This document shows positions 49,196 to 49,209 of a stretch of DNA of 49,209 bases, piece by piece. Origin of the DNA: Acidimicrobiia bacterium. Its GTDB lineage: Bacteria > Actinomycetota > Acidimicrobiia > Spongiisociales > JAENVV01. Each line of letters opens with the position of its first letter. The first letter of the stretch is position 1. The position numbers and the translations under genes were made by a program. Location of the stretch: positions 1 to 49,209 of the forward strand of contig JBFGJH010000018.1 in assembly GCA_041577335.1 (NCBI GenBank), written 5' to 3'. The notes below the pieces were generated by a model. It was not told the DNA's origin. It saw only the letters and a list, made by a program, of their open reading frames with translations, and did not search any database.

Positions 49196-49209
49196 ATGTG
49201 TGCCACCCA

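Noticed and set aside
40995..49209. Integrative element or genomic island at tRNA-Ala
   Set aside because: No integrase, no duplicated tRNA 3' end within the window, and no obvious compositional shift.

Overview
GC-rich actinobacterial chromosome segment spanning the replication origin; gene content and SLH-type repeats suggest Acidimicrobiia (inference). The core is the conserved origin region: parB-parA-rsmG-(parS)-jag-yidC-yidD-rnpA-rpmH divergent from dnaA-oriC-dnaN-recF-DUF721-gyrB-gyrA-DUF3566, plus tRNA-Ile and tRNA-Ala. To its left lie the pseudokinase-ECF sigma-anti-sigma-trxB-trxA-cwlM block, pilT, an HDAC/GNAT pair, the CCA enzyme and an arg cluster lacking argD/argF. The right end is accessory: Tat-exported vanadium haloperoxidase, GNAT, an alpha-oxoamine synthase next to an orphan sensor kinase, a CHRD protein and a thiolase. 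Best leads: (1) a 50-aa Cys-rich ORF missing from the ORF track whose UGA is followed by a SECIS-like hairpin and an in-frame His/Asp tail (candidate selenoprotein); (2) a CqsA/CqsS-like synthase-sensor gene pair; (3) a ~175-nt orphan structured RNA with promoter and terminator; (4) modular REP-like repeats with covarying stems, including one double-hairpin cassette inserted into two different repeat families; (5) a nested structured leader before gyrB. All calls are by eye; no database searches were run.
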